64,000 nt of DNA from Candidatus Daviesbacteria bacterium RIFCSPLOWO2_01_FULL_39_23 (GCA_001776935.1 MFDN01000014.1:65464-129463), one strand, 5' to 3'; shown: positions 36,088 through 46,680, numbered from the stretch's first letter. Numbers and translations are program-made. Notes: generated from the letters alone by a model not told the origin.

Positions 36088-37434
36088 ATGGGCAATATAT
36101 TGAAAAAAATCGACCAAAAGGTGTTTGGGAAACTATTTATTATACTTGCAGTTTTTCTTATCGGACTTGGACTTGGTAGGGAGTATCTTTCTAAAAATCA
36201 AAATCCTAACTCTTACACGCAAAATACCCTGAATGCTTTTATCTCTGAAATTTATGACAAAGTCAAAGAAAATTACTGGAATAATATTTCAGATGCAGAG
36301 CTTTTGGAGCTTTTCAAATTATCCATTGAAAAAAATAACGGCAATATAAACGTATCTAAATTCGAAGATAAGAATAATCTTTTAACTGGGTTTTCAAATG
36401 CAACGTCCGGCATGAATGATGAAGAAAAAAATAAGTTTACAGCTTTAGTAGCCGCATCAGTATTATCATCACTAACCCCTGTTGGAAGATCAGGTTTGTA
36501 TACCCAGGCTTTGGAACAGCAGCTAAAAAACAAGGTGGAGAACGTAAATCCGGGAAAAGATTTGTATAAGGATCTGGGTCTGCAAAAAGGCGCCTCGGAA
36601 GCAGCTGTAAAACAGGCATATCAAAACAAAGCAAATGAGCTTTCAGGAGATAAGTCCCCAAAATCACAGGAAAAATTGAAAAGCCTAAGTTATGCCAGGG
36701 ATACTTTGACTCAAAAAGACACCAAAGAAAAATATGATCAAAAAGGTGTGGAGCCGACTATTTTCTCCCGCATTGAAGGGTCCGGAATTTTGTATGTCCA
36801 ATTTAAAAAATTTTCCCCCACATCTTTGGAAGAATTTAAGAAAACTTTTGAAAAGTATAAAGATAATACAGCCCTTACAGCTTTAATTTTCGATCTTCGC
36901 GGAAACATCGGCGGAGCAATAGATTCCTCAGCTTACTTTTTAGGATATTTTCTGGGTAAAGGCCAGTATGCTTTTGATTTCTACCATAAAGGTGAATATA
37001 TCCCTTTTAAAACTCAAACAGACAAGCTTCCTTCCGCTGCAAAATTTAAACAAGTTGTTGTACTTATTGATCAAAATACGCAGTCTTCCGCAGAAATGAT
37101 GGCCGCATCTTTTAAGAGATATCATTTGGGGGCAGTTTTAGGAGTCCCTTCCAAAGGCTGGGGAACTGTGGAGCGGGTTTTCCCTTTGGAAAACCAAATA
37201 AGGGGCAGCGAGAAATATTCGCTGTTTTTAGTTCATTCGCTTACCTTGCGTGATGACAATCAGCCGATTGAAGGCAGGGGAGTGGAACCGGATATAAATA
37301 TTAATGATCAAAACTGGCCGCAAAAACTGTTTCTATATTTTAATAATCCGGATTTGGTTGAGACAATTAAAAAAGTAATGAGCTACAAAGATTCAGGCTT
37401 TTCAGGGTCATATTCTTTAGAAAACCCGAAGTGA
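36088..37434 (+). CDS. S41 (tail-specific) peptidase with J-domain-like insert
   Basis: IFDLRGNIGG, TQSSAE, IEGRGVEPD; DLYKDLGL...ASEAAVKQAY segment. Confidence 0.8.
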   Translation: MGNILKKIDQKVFGKLFIILAVFLIGLGLGREYLSKNQNPNSYTQNTLNAFISEIYDKVKENYWNNISDAELLELFKLSIEKNNGNINVSKFEDKNNLLTGFSNATSGMNDEEKNKFTALVAASVLSSLTPVGRSGLYTQALEQQLKNKVENVNPGKDLYKDLGLQKGASEAAVKQAYQNKANELSGDKSPKSQEKLKSLSYARDTLTQKDTKEKYDQKGVEPTIFSRIEGSGILYVQFKKFSPTSLEEFKKTFEKYKDNTALTALIFDLRGNIGGAIDSSAYFLGYFLGKGQYAFDFYHKGEYIPFKTQTDKLPSAAKFKQVVVLIDQNTQSSAEMMAASFKRYHLGAVLGVPSKGWGTVERVFPLENQIRGSEKYSLFLVHSLTLRDDNQPIEGRGVEPDININDQNWPQKLFLYFNNPDLVETIKKVMSYKDSGFSGSYSLENPK

Positions 37435-37784
37435 GATCTAACTCCGTATGGGCTTACGGTTCGCACCTGTGATCCGAATACACCTCCTTCATTATCATAA
37501 ACAACAGTCCATGAACTTCCCTCCATAGACTGAATAGTCCAACCATCCGGCAAACTGGTTATGTTATGATAAGAAGTACCGGGAGGAGCTGGTTCGATAC
37601 ATATACCATGTTTTGCAAATATATCCAGGGGATACTTTCGACCTGCATTATCACGGGTTGCAATTTCAAAAACCGGTTTATCAGTTTGGGGTGCAACTTG
37701 GGCAGCGACAACCGGAACTAAAGGGGGTTTACCTCTTTCTTGGACAAGTCCGTTAAGATCAAAAAATTCCGGCTTTACTGCCAT
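37383..37784 (-). CDS. Hypothetical protein
   Basis: 133-aa ORF; LPDGWTI motif; convergent overlap with S41 gene. Confidence 0.55.
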   Translation of the reverse strand: MAVKPEFFDLNGLVQERGKPPLVPVVAAQVAPQTDKPVFEIATRDNAGRKYPLDIFAKHGICIEPAPPGTSYHNITSLPDGWTIQSMEGSSWTVVYDNEGGVFGSQVRTVSPYGVRSHFGFSKEYDPEKPESL

Positions 37785-37873
37785 ATTTGTGCAAAAGACA
37801 GCGCAAATGAATATTAATTTAATAATGCAGAATTAACCGTGAAAATGTCAAGCATTAGATTATTATGGGGTAA

Positions 37874-38317
37874 TTAAGGCATTATTTTTTCCACTTTTTC
37901 CTCTGCTTCTTTTGGATCAATCGGTTTTTTAAGCCTGTAAAATCTTGAAATTACAAAAATCAAGATCGCATAAAAAAGCATGGCAAACAAGGTTGACCAC
38001 TCAATTTCCTGTCTGCCTGTTAAACTTACGGTTGAAGGAAAAAGCCCGATAAAAAGAATGGTAAAAGGTATTGAAATTATATTTATAATAATGCTGAATA
38101 TATTTAACGGATTTGCGCCAAACAGCTTTAGTAAAAACCTTATCAAAAGCAGGGCCTCTATAACCAGCAATATGTACCAAAGAATTTCCTTATATCTGAC
38201 GATTTTTTTCTTTTTTTCATAGTCTATCTGCGGTGACTCCACCTTAATTACAGGTTTCTCTCCGCTTCTTGGCTCAACAACTATTGGTTCTTTAAGAATA
38301 GGTGTATCAATCTGCAT
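37874..38317 (-). CDS. YggT-like membrane protein
   Basis: EALLLIRFLLKLFGANP...PF..LF.GLFP...EWSTLFAM. Confidence 0.75.
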   Translation of the reverse strand: MQIDTPILKEPIVVEPRSGEKPVIKVESPQIDYEKKKKIVRYKEILWYILLVIEALLLIRFLLKLFGANPLNIFSIIINIISIPFTILFIGLFPSTVSLTGRQEIEWSTLFAMLFYAILIFVISRFYRLKKPIDPKEAEEKVEKIMP

Positions 38318-38431
38318 ACTGTAATTATGCACAAAGAAGCATAATAGACCCATAAAAATAGGGTAAGAATCTTGACAGATTTCTTACGCTAATTTGACCT
38401 TTATCTTATGCATCAGGGATATATTAGAAAA

Positions 38432-38498
38432 TAGTTATTCGCTTTTCGCTACTCGCTATTGGCAATTTCTTGCTAAAAGCTAACAGCTAATTGCTAAA
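38432..38498. repeat. Inverted heptamer arrays in a 5' leader
   Basis: TAGTTAT TCGCTTT TCGCTAC TCGCTAT ... TGCTAAA AGCTAAC AGCTAAT TGCTAAA. Confidence 0.7.
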
Positions 38499-38526
38499 GA
38501 CTTATTTTAAAAAGGAGGTGATATAA

Positions 38527-38763
38527 ATGGCAGAGCAAAATATGCAGGACCCATTATCCGCTATATCTAAAGTCAAACACTTAAATCCAATTGCAGCAGC
38601 AGTTGCGGGAGCAGTGGTTGGTGCAGGAGTAGCGATGGCCGGATCAAAAATCATGTCCGATAAAAAAACCAGGGATAAAGTCAGAGATACTTTCCATGAT
38701 GTCAGGGAAAAAATAGCGGACTCGATGGAAAAAGCCGGGCGCAACCTGAAAAAACATCAATAG
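38527..38763 (+). CDS. YtxH-like small protein
   Basis: AAGGAGGTGA SD; AAAVAGAVVGAGVA...SDKKTR; similar to 1599..1868. Confidence 0.72.
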   Translation: MAEQNMQDPLSAISKVKHLNPIAAAVAGAVVGAGVAMAGSKIMSDKKTRDKVRDTFHDVREKIADSMEKAGRNLKKHQ

Positions 38764-38809
38764 TCTGATATAGAAGCATTCCGCCGGCTGAATTGCTAAA
38801 AGATTATAT

Positions 38810-39439
38810 TTAAATTTTCCCTTTATACAAGCCACTATTTTTAGTTTGGCTGCCTGTTATATTCCCATCTTTATCAAATTCAAAGATATGGATTTCGCCG
38901 AAATTTAATTCAAGCTTTGAGATATCCTCATCTGAGATATTTTTTAAATACTTTATTAAAGCCCTTAAGCTGTTGCCTGATGAAACTATCAAGACATTTT
39001 TTCCTGATTTTAAATCTTCCAATATTTTTTCCCGAAAAAAGGGGATAACCCGCCCGTATACCTGTTTTAATGATTCGCCTCCGGGAATAAGTTTATCCCA
39101 CTTGCGCCTGATGCTGTTAAACTCCTCCGGACCGACTTCTTTTTCCACTTCCCATTTGTTTTTGCCTGTATAAATTCCATAATCACGCTCATTTAATGCA
39201 GGATCTTTTATAAGGGGAATGGTTAAGCTTAATTCCTTTGCTATCTCATCAAAGGTCTGCGTCACCCTGTCCAAAACAGAAGTATAGGCAGCATCTATTT
39301 TTATACCCTGCAAAGCCACAGCAGCCTCTTTTGCCTGTTTTCTGCCTTCCTCATTTAAAGGAATATTTGTGAGACCATGCCACCTGCCGTTAACATTCCA
39401 GTCTGTTACTCCGTGTCTTACTAAAATTAAAAATGCCAT
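38810..39439 (-). CDS. gpmA: 2,3-BPG-dependent phosphoglycerate mutase
   Basis: LVRHG, LNERDYG, GGESL, SGNSLRAL. Confidence 0.88.
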   Translation of the reverse strand: MAFLILVRHGVTDWNVNGRWHGLTNIPLNEEGRKQAKEAAVALQGIKIDAAYTSVLDRVTQTFDEIAKELSLTIPLIKDPALNERDYGIYTGKNKWEVEKEVGPEEFNSIRRKWDKLIPGGESLKQVYGRVIPFFREKILEDLKSGKNVLIVSSGNSLRALIKYLKNISDEDISKLELNFGEIHIFEFDKDGNITGSQTKNSGLYKGKI

Positions 39440-39448
39440 ATTTTTTAT

Positions 39449-39529
39449 ATGTCATTCCGATCCGCCAGCTGGCGGAGAGGAATCTCTCAACTTGTTTGAG
39501 ATACATTCACTTACGTATCAGGATGACAT
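39449..39529. repeat. REP-like palindrome with nested TCCGCC-AGCT-GGCGGA
   Basis: ATGTCATTCCGA ... TCAGGATGACAT arms between eno and gpmA. Confidence 0.72.
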
Positions 39530-40704
39530 TAAAAGTTTCTTTCTATCTCTATCAGCCTATTATACTTCGCCAGCCTGACTTCCTGAGTCGGCGCTCCGCT
39601 TTTTAAACCATCTGCCTCCACACCATATGCCAGATCTGCAATAAAACTATCCATAGTTTCGCCTGACCTGTGGGAGATTATCACTTTCCAATTATAACTT
39701 TGCGCAAGCTTGATTGCCTCCAAAGTCTCTGTTACAGATCCAATCTGATTGGGCTTTATTATCACACCTGTTGCGGCTTTTTCTTTCTGAGCCTTATTTA
39801 TAAGATCCGGATTTGTCACGGTTAAATCATCTGCAATTATCCAAATCTTTTCTCCTAAATTTGCGACTATTTTAATAAAGCCGTCTTTATCATCTTCCGA
39901 AAAAGGATCTTCAATGGACAATAGGGGGTAGGAAGTAGCGAGTAGGTTGTAGTAAGACAATAAATCGTCACTGCTTTTAATTTTCCCCCTAAGATTATAT
40001 ATTCTGTTTTCAAAAAATGTAGAGGCAGCCACATCCAAAGCCAAACTGACTTCCGGACCGGTTGCGTTGCGGTTTAGAACCTGCAAACCCACCCTCGGAT
40101 CATCGCTTTTTATAGTTAATGCCCCTTCATCGCCAAGCCTAACCTCCCCAAAGTTTTTTTCAATATCTTCCTGCAGCTTTTCAAAACAATTTTTTGCATA
40201 CTCCAGGCCTTTGGCAGGGGAGGGGAATTTGGTTACTAAAATATACTCCTGAAAAGGCAGGCTGTCCTTGGCATGCAATCCTCCTCCTATTAAATTAAAG
40301 TAAAGATAGGGAAATTTCCGGGGGGTTTTACCCAGTATTTTTGATATTAATTGAAAGCACTGTAAATTCTCAGATTTTGCCAATAGCTTTGTGAAGGCAA
40401 TTGATAAAACTAAAATTAAATTTCCGCCTAAATTGGATTTTTCTTTTGTGCCGTCTGTGCTTATTAAGAAGCCATCAAACTCCCAAACTGTTGGAAAATC
40501 TTTATTTAAGATCTGGTTTTTGATAGTTTCAAATTTAGAAAGCACAAGGCTTGGCTCAAGGGTTGTAGTTTCAAATTTTCCTTTGCTTTTGCCGGCAGGC
40601 ACAGATGCAGATGCCTCAAAATCCCCGGATCTTAAAACAGCTTCCAGTGTATCCTTGTTTCTGGAATCTTTTACTATTCTGATGTTTATATCTGAAATTT
40701 TCAT
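39529..40704 (-). CDS. eno: Enolase
   Basis: DSRN, GGLHA, QEY, GDEG, DVAAS, EDP, IKPNQIG, SHRSGET. Confidence 0.93.
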   Translation of the reverse strand: MKISDINIRIVKDSRNKDTLEAVLRSGDFEASASVPAGKSKGKFETTTLEPSLVLSKFETIKNQILNKDFPTVWEFDGFLISTDGTKEKSNLGGNLILVLSIAFTKLLAKSENLQCFQLISKILGKTPRKFPYLYFNLIGGGLHAKDSLPFQEYILVTKFPSPAKGLEYAKNCFEKLQEDIEKNFGEVRLGDEGALTIKSDDPRVGLQVLNRNATGPEVSLALDVAASTFFENRIYNLRGKIKSSDDLLSYYNLLATSYPLLSIEDPFSEDDKDGFIKIVANLGEKIWIIADDLTVTNPDLINKAQKEKAATGVIIKPNQIGSVTETLEAIKLAQSYNWKVIISHRSGETMDSFIADLAYGVEADGLKSGAPTQEVRLAKYNRLIEIERNF

Positions 40705-43061
40705 TCTTGTGAACGGATCGCCTGCATGGTGGAAATCACCGAGTCCGGATTAAGGGACATGCTTTCAATGCCAATGCTTACTAAAAATTTTGCAAAATCC
40801 GGATAATCAGAAGGCGCCTGCCCGCAGATTCCGATATATTTGCCTCTTTTTTTGCAGACTTTAACAACTTCACTTATCAGCTGTTTAACAGATTCATCAT
40901 TTTCATTGGCAATGCCTTTTACTTTTTCGTTTCCGTCCCGGTCAATCCCAAGCGCCAGCTGAGTTAAGTCATTTGACCCGATACTCATGCCGTCAAAAAT
41001 ATCTAAAAACTTATCAGCAAGAATTACATTAGCAGGAATTTCACACATCACATAGACTTTTAACCCATCATCTCTTTTAAGTCCATTTTGCTCCATAATC
41101 TTAATAACTTTTTCTCCCTCCTGCGGAGTCCTGCAAAAAGGAATCATAACAACTAAATTCTTAAGCCCCATTTCATTTCTCACATTTTTAACCGCCTCAA
41201 CTTCCAGTTTAAAAGCCGGCAAAAAAGCTTCATTGTAGTAGCGGGACGCGCCTCTCCAGCCGATCATCGGATTTTCCTCTGACGGTTCAAACAAATAACC
41301 CCCAAGCAAAGAGCGGTACTCATTAGTTTTAAAATCCGAAAACCGCAAAATCACCGGTTTTGGATAAAAAGCTGCAGCGATTTTTGCAATGCCGTAGGAT
41401 AACTTATCAATATAAAACTTCGTTTTGTTTTTATACCCTAGTGTTTTACGGTCCACAGCTTCTTTTACCGCTTTTGGAAGTTTGTCATAATTTATTAAAG
41501 ACAGCGGATGAATCCCGATATCAGAGGCGATTATAAATTCTTCCCTTGCAAGACCAACTCCACTGTTTGGCAGGAATGATTTTTCAAAGGCGGTTTCCGG
41601 TGTGGCAATGTTCATCATTATGTGAGTTTTCACCGGTCTGATATTGCGGATATCATGTTCTGTTACTTTAAATTTCAATTGTCCTTTAAAAACTATCCCT
41701 TCTTCGCCTGTACAATCCACAGTTATCATTTCGCCTTTTTTAATTTTAGATGTTGCATTTTTGCAGCCGACAATTGCGGGGATTCCCAGCTCACGGGAAA
41801 CTATGGCTGCATGAGAGGTTCTTCCGCCCTGATCAGTTACAATGGCAGAGGCAATTTTCATAATCGGTTCCCAATCAGGGTCTGTCATTTTGGTTATTAA
41901 CACCTCACCGGCTCCAAAGGTGGAAATATCTTTCGGATCAATGATAATTTTTGCTTTGCCGGTTGAGATTTTATTTCCAACTGATGCGCCTTTTACTATT
42001 TCCTGGCCGTTTTCCAGCCTGACATACTCTTTTATGACCGAGAAATTTCTTTCTGCATGAATGGTTTCCGGTCTAGCCTGCACAATGTACAATTTTCCGT
42101 CCAGTCCGTCTTTGGCCCACTCCGTATCCATCGGCGTCCACTTTTTACTAACCTTACTGTAATGCTCCTCAATTTGCATTCCCCAGCCGGCAAGTTCTTT
42201 GATTTCCTTATCAGAAAGCGTAAATGTTTGTTTTTCCTGTTTTGAGGTTTCAACAATACGGGTTGGCTTATCCTCGCCATAAATCATTTTCTCATCTTTC
42301 ACACCCAGCTTTTTTTCTATAATGGCAGAAGTTTGTTTAAAAACTAAAAATTCATCAGGCGTCACTTTTCCCTGCACTATCATCTCCCCCAAGCCCCATG
42401 AAGAATTTATCAAAACCAAGTCTTTAAAACCTGATTCCGTATCCAAAGTAAACATTACTCCGGAGCATGCCAAATCAGAACGGATCATTTTTTGCACACC
42501 CACAGAAAGATATACCTTAAGATGATCAAAACCTTTATCCTCCCTATATGAAATTGCCCGGGCAGTAAACAGAGAAGCCATCGCCTTTCTAATTGCTGCT
42601 AAGATATTATCCACACCCCTGATGTTTAAATAAGTCTCATGTTCGCCGGCAAAAGACGCTCCGGGTAAGTCTTCTGCTGTTGCAGAAGACCGCACCGCAA
42701 AACTTACACCAGTACCGTATCTTTTTTCGTAAATTTTATGAGCAGCTTTAATTTCTTCTTCAAGTTCTTTGGGGAAAGGAGTTTGTAAAAACTTATTTAT
42801 TATATTTTTGGAGATTTGAGCCAACCCTTCCAGGTGTCCTTTTACAAATTTGTCTATCTGCTCCTTAATATAACTTTCTAAACCTGTTTCTGATAAGAAA
42901 AATCTATACGCTGTAGCAGTTACCGCATAACCTGAGGGGACCAGAATTCCACTACCTGCTAAAGATCCTATCATCTCACCCAAAGAAGCATTTTTGCCTC
43001 CAACTTCGGTAACATCTTCTATGGAAATCTGCTCAAAGGGGATTATAAACTTACCGGCCAT
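40701..43061 (-). CDS. ppsA: Phosphoenolpyruvate synthase
   Basis: VGGKNASLGEM, AVRSSATAEDLP, GGRTSHAAIVSRELG, EENPMIGWRG, SIGSNDLTQ. Confidence 0.95.
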   Translation of the reverse strand: MAGKFIIPFEQISIEDVTEVGGKNASLGEMIGSLAGSGILVPSGYAVTATAYRFFLSETGLESYIKEQIDKFVKGHLEGLAQISKNIINKFLQTPFPKELEEEIKAAHKIYEKRYGTGVSFAVRSSATAEDLPGASFAGEHETYLNIRGVDNILAAIRKAMASLFTARAISYREDKGFDHLKVYLSVGVQKMIRSDLACSGVMFTLDTESGFKDLVLINSSWGLGEMIVQGKVTPDEFLVFKQTSAIIEKKLGVKDEKMIYGEDKPTRIVETSKQEKQTFTLSDKEIKELAGWGMQIEEHYSKVSKKWTPMDTEWAKDGLDGKLYIVQARPETIHAERNFSVIKEYVRLENGQEIVKGASVGNKISTGKAKIIIDPKDISTFGAGEVLITKMTDPDWEPIMKIASAIVTDQGGRTSHAAIVSRELGIPAIVGCKNATSKIKKGEMITVDCTGEEGIVFKGQLKFKVTEHDIRNIRPVKTHIMMNIATPETAFEKSFLPNSGVGLAREEFIIASDIGIHPLSLINYDKLPKAVKEAVDRKTLGYKNKTKFYIDKLSYGIAKIAAAFYPKPVILRFSDFKTNEYRSLLGGYLFEPSEENPMIGWRGASRYYNEAFLPAFKLEVEAVKNVRNEMGLKNLVVMIPFCRTPQEGEKVIKIMEQNGLKRDDGLKVYVMCEIPANVILADKFLDIFDGMSIGSNDLTQLALGIDRDGNEKVKGIANENDESVKQLISEVVKVCKKRGKYIGICGQAPSDYPDFAKFLVSIGIESMSLNPDSVISTMQAIRSQE

Positions 43062-43092
43062 TAATTTATATTCTACTAAACAGCTGTGAAAA

Positions 43093-46000
43093 TCAATAAG
43101 ACATCTTTTCCTCTGCAAATAGTTCAGCCTGTCTTAATATATTTTCTGCAGCATAAGGGCGCAAACCTTCCGGATACCCGTACTGCCTTATGGTTCTTCT
43201 TATTATTAACCATAGATTGGATTTGGCGCTTACTTTAATTGGCCAATTTTCTACCGCATTGGCTTTTATGCGCGCTGTAATCAGTTTAGCCAATTCCTGA
43301 ATTTTTTCTACTCCCAGCTGTTCTCTTGCGTTCTTATTGATGGCAAGAATATCAAAATAAGCAAGCTCTTCTTCTGATAAACCTAAATTACTATATTTAA
43401 ACTGCTTACCGATTTTCTCTTTTGAATTTATTAAATCCGCTATGATTTTATCCACTTTCAAATTATACTCCCTGTGTTTTTGCAGGCCCTTTTTAAGGGT
43501 ATCTGACAAATCCGTTTCCGCTCTTTTTACTTTGATAAATTCTTCAATAATCTCGTTCTCAATTGAACGGTTCTGAAGCTTTTCTATCAGACTTTGTATT
43601 TTCCTTGCCAAAAACTCCGGAGATTCATCCTTCTTTTCTATTAAAGTAGCAAGCTCTTCAATAATTTCGTTGGTGATAAGATTATGCTCTTTGAGTTTTG
43701 GAATAATATCTTCATATATTTGGGACAATTCTTCATTTGATTTTTCATCAAATATAAACTTTAGAACACTCACTCCTTCTGACCCGCGAAGCTCTTTGGC
43801 AAACGAAGCCAACGAATCAACAGCCGGACCGGGCGCCAAAATCTTATCATTATATTTCCTTATAATATCCTCAAGAATTTCTGCCAATTTTTTGCCGCGG
43901 GTGAGATTTTTCTTAGCTTTTGCGCGCAGTGCATCTATAAGAATTTTTTTTAATAACTCAAAAGCGGTTTTTTCCCGCACCATACCTTTTGCTTCTCCTA
44001 AAAACTCGTCCGAGAGAAGTATTATGTCGGTACCTCTTATCCTGACATCTGTGTGTCCCCCATGCTGCGTTGTTTCCACTTCTCCTCCTATAGACTTATT
44101 TTGATACCATTTTAGTTCTATTTGCCGGAAATCTAACCCGGCAGCCTCTGTTGCATCCAAAACATCAGGAACCTCTTCATCTGCTATTTGCCTAATAACA
44201 GTTTCTTCTCCAATTTCCAAAATATCACTATCCTTGGGCTCAAATTTCAGCATTCTCATCTTAAGGGCCTGGAAAAATCTTAATTTACCTTTTATATCTA
44301 AGGCTTTAGGATGCGGGTAAGACATTACAAACCAGCCGGATAAAAGGTCAACTTCTTTTATAAACCTATTCTTGCCGTCTTTAAGGCCAAAAATATGCTC
44401 CTGCGCATCCAGCAGAATGTTAAGCTTTTGTGATTCTGCGGAAAAATACGGCTGGTAATCAAACGGGTCAAACATTGAATGGACAATTTGAAATTTTTCT
44501 ATCATTTTTAAAACTGCTTCTCCCAAGTCATCTACCGGATCTCCTTCGCCACCGCTTGCAATATATTCCTGTTGAGCTTTCTTGAATTGGGATAAAAGAC
44601 CAATATAATCAACAATTAACCCGCCTGGTTTATCTTTAAAAATCTGATTAACCCGTGCTGTGATTTGCATAAGTTTATGTCCGTGCATAGGTTTATCAAT
44701 ATATAAAGTATGCAGGGCAAGAGCATCAAAACAAGTCAGCCAAACATCGCAAACAATCACTATTTTTAAACTGTCGCCCGGATCATTAAGACGCTCACCC
44801 AATTTCTTTCTTTCCTCCAGGGAGTAAATTGAACTTAAAACAGCCTTAATTGCACCCTTATTTAAATCTTCATCATGCCAGGATGGACGAAGTTTGATAA
44901 TTTCATCATAAAGTCTCAAAGCAAGCGGCGGATGCAAAGCAACTATCATGCCTTTGCCTTCAAAAAAGCGGGTGCGGTTTTCAAAATGAGCCACAATATC
45001 AGCCGCCGCCTGCCGGACTCTGTCAGTATTTCCCAGGGCTTTCTCAAGCTGTTCTAAAGCGTTTTTAACCTTTTGAGAAGGAGCATTTTGCCCCTCCATC
45101 AATGATTCAACATTTTCATCATATTTAAGCAACTCTTCCTGTTTTAGGTGAAATTTCGGAAGTCCTGAGTGATAATAGACCCTGACGGTAGTACCATCTT
45201 CAACCGATCTTGCAACATCATAAATATCGATATAGCTCCCAAAAACTTTTAAGGTTAAATAGTCTTCTTTTTCAGCCGGTGTACCTGTAAATCCAATAAA
45301 ACAGGCATTCGGCAAAGCAGGGCGGATAAATTTATCAAAAACCTGTGCGCTTTTTTTTATTTCTTCCGCAATAACAATAATATTATTCCTTACCGATAAA
45401 ATGCCGTGATTTTTTTCAGAAAAATTATCTATCGGGCTAAAAATAATGCCGCCGCCTAAAGCAGCAAGAAGTCCTGTTAAATGCGCCTGGTTTTGCGCAA
45501 CTTTAACTTCCTGATGTAGGAGTTGATTACAGGAAGTTAAAGTTTCAAGCAGATGGAAATCCGGATCACCCGGATCAGGAATAACCAGGATTGTGGGCTT
45601 ATTTAAGAATAGGGAAACTTTACCGATATAAAACACTATGGAATAAGATTTACCGCTGCCCTGGGTATGCCATACTAAACCTGCTTTTTTGTTATCCATA
45701 AACCGACGGTTGGAAGAAAACTGCTCACTTGTTGACTCAACTGCTTTATTAACGCCGTTATACTGATGATAAAAAGCTACTTTTTTAGTTGATTTTTCAA
45801 AGACAATAAAGTGCTTGATTAAGTCCAGTAAAACTTCTCTATTTAGCATCTCGCAGATCATTGTCTCAAGCGAAGAAACAGACAAATTTTGACGCCTGTA
45901 TCCATGTCTGGATTTCCAAGCTAAGAATCTCGAGTAAGTAGATGTTATCGTTCCTGCTCTTGCATCTTTCCCGTCAGATATAACAAGAAGACTATTATAG

Positions 46001-46512
46001 TAAAAAATTGAGGGTATAGTCTTTTTGAAATCATGCATTCTGCTAAAGGTACACAAAAAAGCCGCCTCGCCTCCCGGACTGCCAAGTTCTATCACAATAA
46101 GAGGCAGCCCGTTAATAAAGAGAATAATGTTTACTCTTTTCTTATTATGTTTCTCAAATACGCTAAACTGGTTAGTAACAATAAATTCGTTATTTTCAGG
46201 ATTGCCAAAATCCACAATTTGCAAATTTCCAAAGCCAGGCATCTCAATACCGTTTGTTAGAATCTTATGAAAGGCTTCATTAATCCCTTCTGTCTGCAGA
46301 TTAAAAATTTCTTTAGCGGCTTTAACTTTCACTTCCTCAGGAACGCTTGGGTTTAAACGGTCTATTGCTATATGAAGTCTGTTTTTAAGTATTACTTCTT
46401 CTAAGTTTTCCCTTTCAAACTCAGCATCATCAGGCGACAGGTAACTAAATCCCTGAATTTTTAAAAGTTCCACAAGGTTTTTTTCTTCTTCTGATTCAAA
46501 AATTGCCGGCAT
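43093..46512 (-). CDS. Type I restriction subunit R (HsdR)-like protein, catalytically degenerate, orphan
   Basis: FINGLPL, HTQGSGKS, FTGTP, LYIDKPM retained; nuclease D and K and the DEAH box are substituted. Confidence 0.8.
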   Translation of the reverse strand: MPAIFESEEEKNLVELLKIQGFSYLSPDDAEFERENLEEVILKNRLHIAIDRLNPSVPEEVKVKAAKEIFNLQTEGINEAFHKILTNGIEMPGFGNLQIVDFGNPENNEFIVTNQFSVFEKHNKKRVNIILFINGLPLIVIELGSPGGEAAFLCTFSRMHDFKKTIPSIFYYNSLLVISDGKDARAGTITSTYSRFLAWKSRHGYRRQNLSVSSLETMICEMLNREVLLDLIKHFIVFEKSTKKVAFYHQYNGVNKAVESTSEQFSSNRRFMDNKKAGLVWHTQGSGKSYSIVFYIGKVSLFLNKPTILVIPDPGDPDFHLLETLTSCNQLLHQEVKVAQNQAHLTGLLAALGGGIIFSPIDNFSEKNHGILSVRNNIIVIAEEIKKSAQVFDKFIRPALPNACFIGFTGTPAEKEDYLTLKVFGSYIDIYDVARSVEDGTTVRVYYHSGLPKFHLKQEELLKYDENVESLMEGQNAPSQKVKNALEQLEKALGNTDRVRQAAADIVAHFENRTRFFEGKGMIVALHPPLALRLYDEIIKLRPSWHDEDLNKGAIKAVLSSIYSLEERKKLGERLNDPGDSLKIVIVCDVWLTCFDALALHTLYIDKPMHGHKLMQITARVNQIFKDKPGGLIVDYIGLLSQFKKAQQEYIASGGEGDPVDDLGEAVLKMIEKFQIVHSMFDPFDYQPYFSAESQKLNILLDAQEHIFGLKDGKNRFIKEVDLLSGWFVMSYPHPKALDIKGKLRFFQALKMRMLKFEPKDSDILEIGEETVIRQIADEEVPDVLDATEAAGLDFRQIELKWYQNKSIGGEVETTQHGGHTDVRIRGTDIILLSDEFLGEAKGMVREKTAFELLKKILIDALRAKAKKNLTRGKKLAEILEDIIRKYNDKILAPGPAVDSLASFAKELRGSEGVSVLKFIFDEKSNEELSQIYEDIIPKLKEHNLITNEIIEELATLIEKKDESPEFLARKIQSLIEKLQNRSIENEIIEEFIKVKRAETDLSDTLKKGLQKHREYNLKVDKIIADLINSKEKIGKQFKYSNLGLSEEELAYFDILAINKNAREQLGVEKIQELAKLITARIKANAVENWPIKVSAKSNLWLIIRRTIRQYGYPEGLRPYAAENILRQAELFAEEKMSY

Positions 46513-46680
46513 AAAATATTGGCAGTTTTCAGGGTAGCCCAAATAGATCAACCCTTAGTAAATATTGTGTAAGAGAAGGGATAAAGCCGCATATGTTCGT
46601 TTAAGTTTCTTACCTTAAATTTATTTTCTTCTCATAATTTCATGTTAAATTATTCTCATATTATTGGAGGTGATAAAAAA

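Noticed and set aside
43093-46551. Functional type I R-M system
   Set aside because: Catalytic motifs are degenerate and there is no hsdM/hsdS in the window
46520-46615. c-di-GMP riboswitch or SOS box upstream of the HsdR-like gene
   Set aside because: Only CTAAGG and a half CGAAC site; core GGCAAA/GCAAA elements are absent
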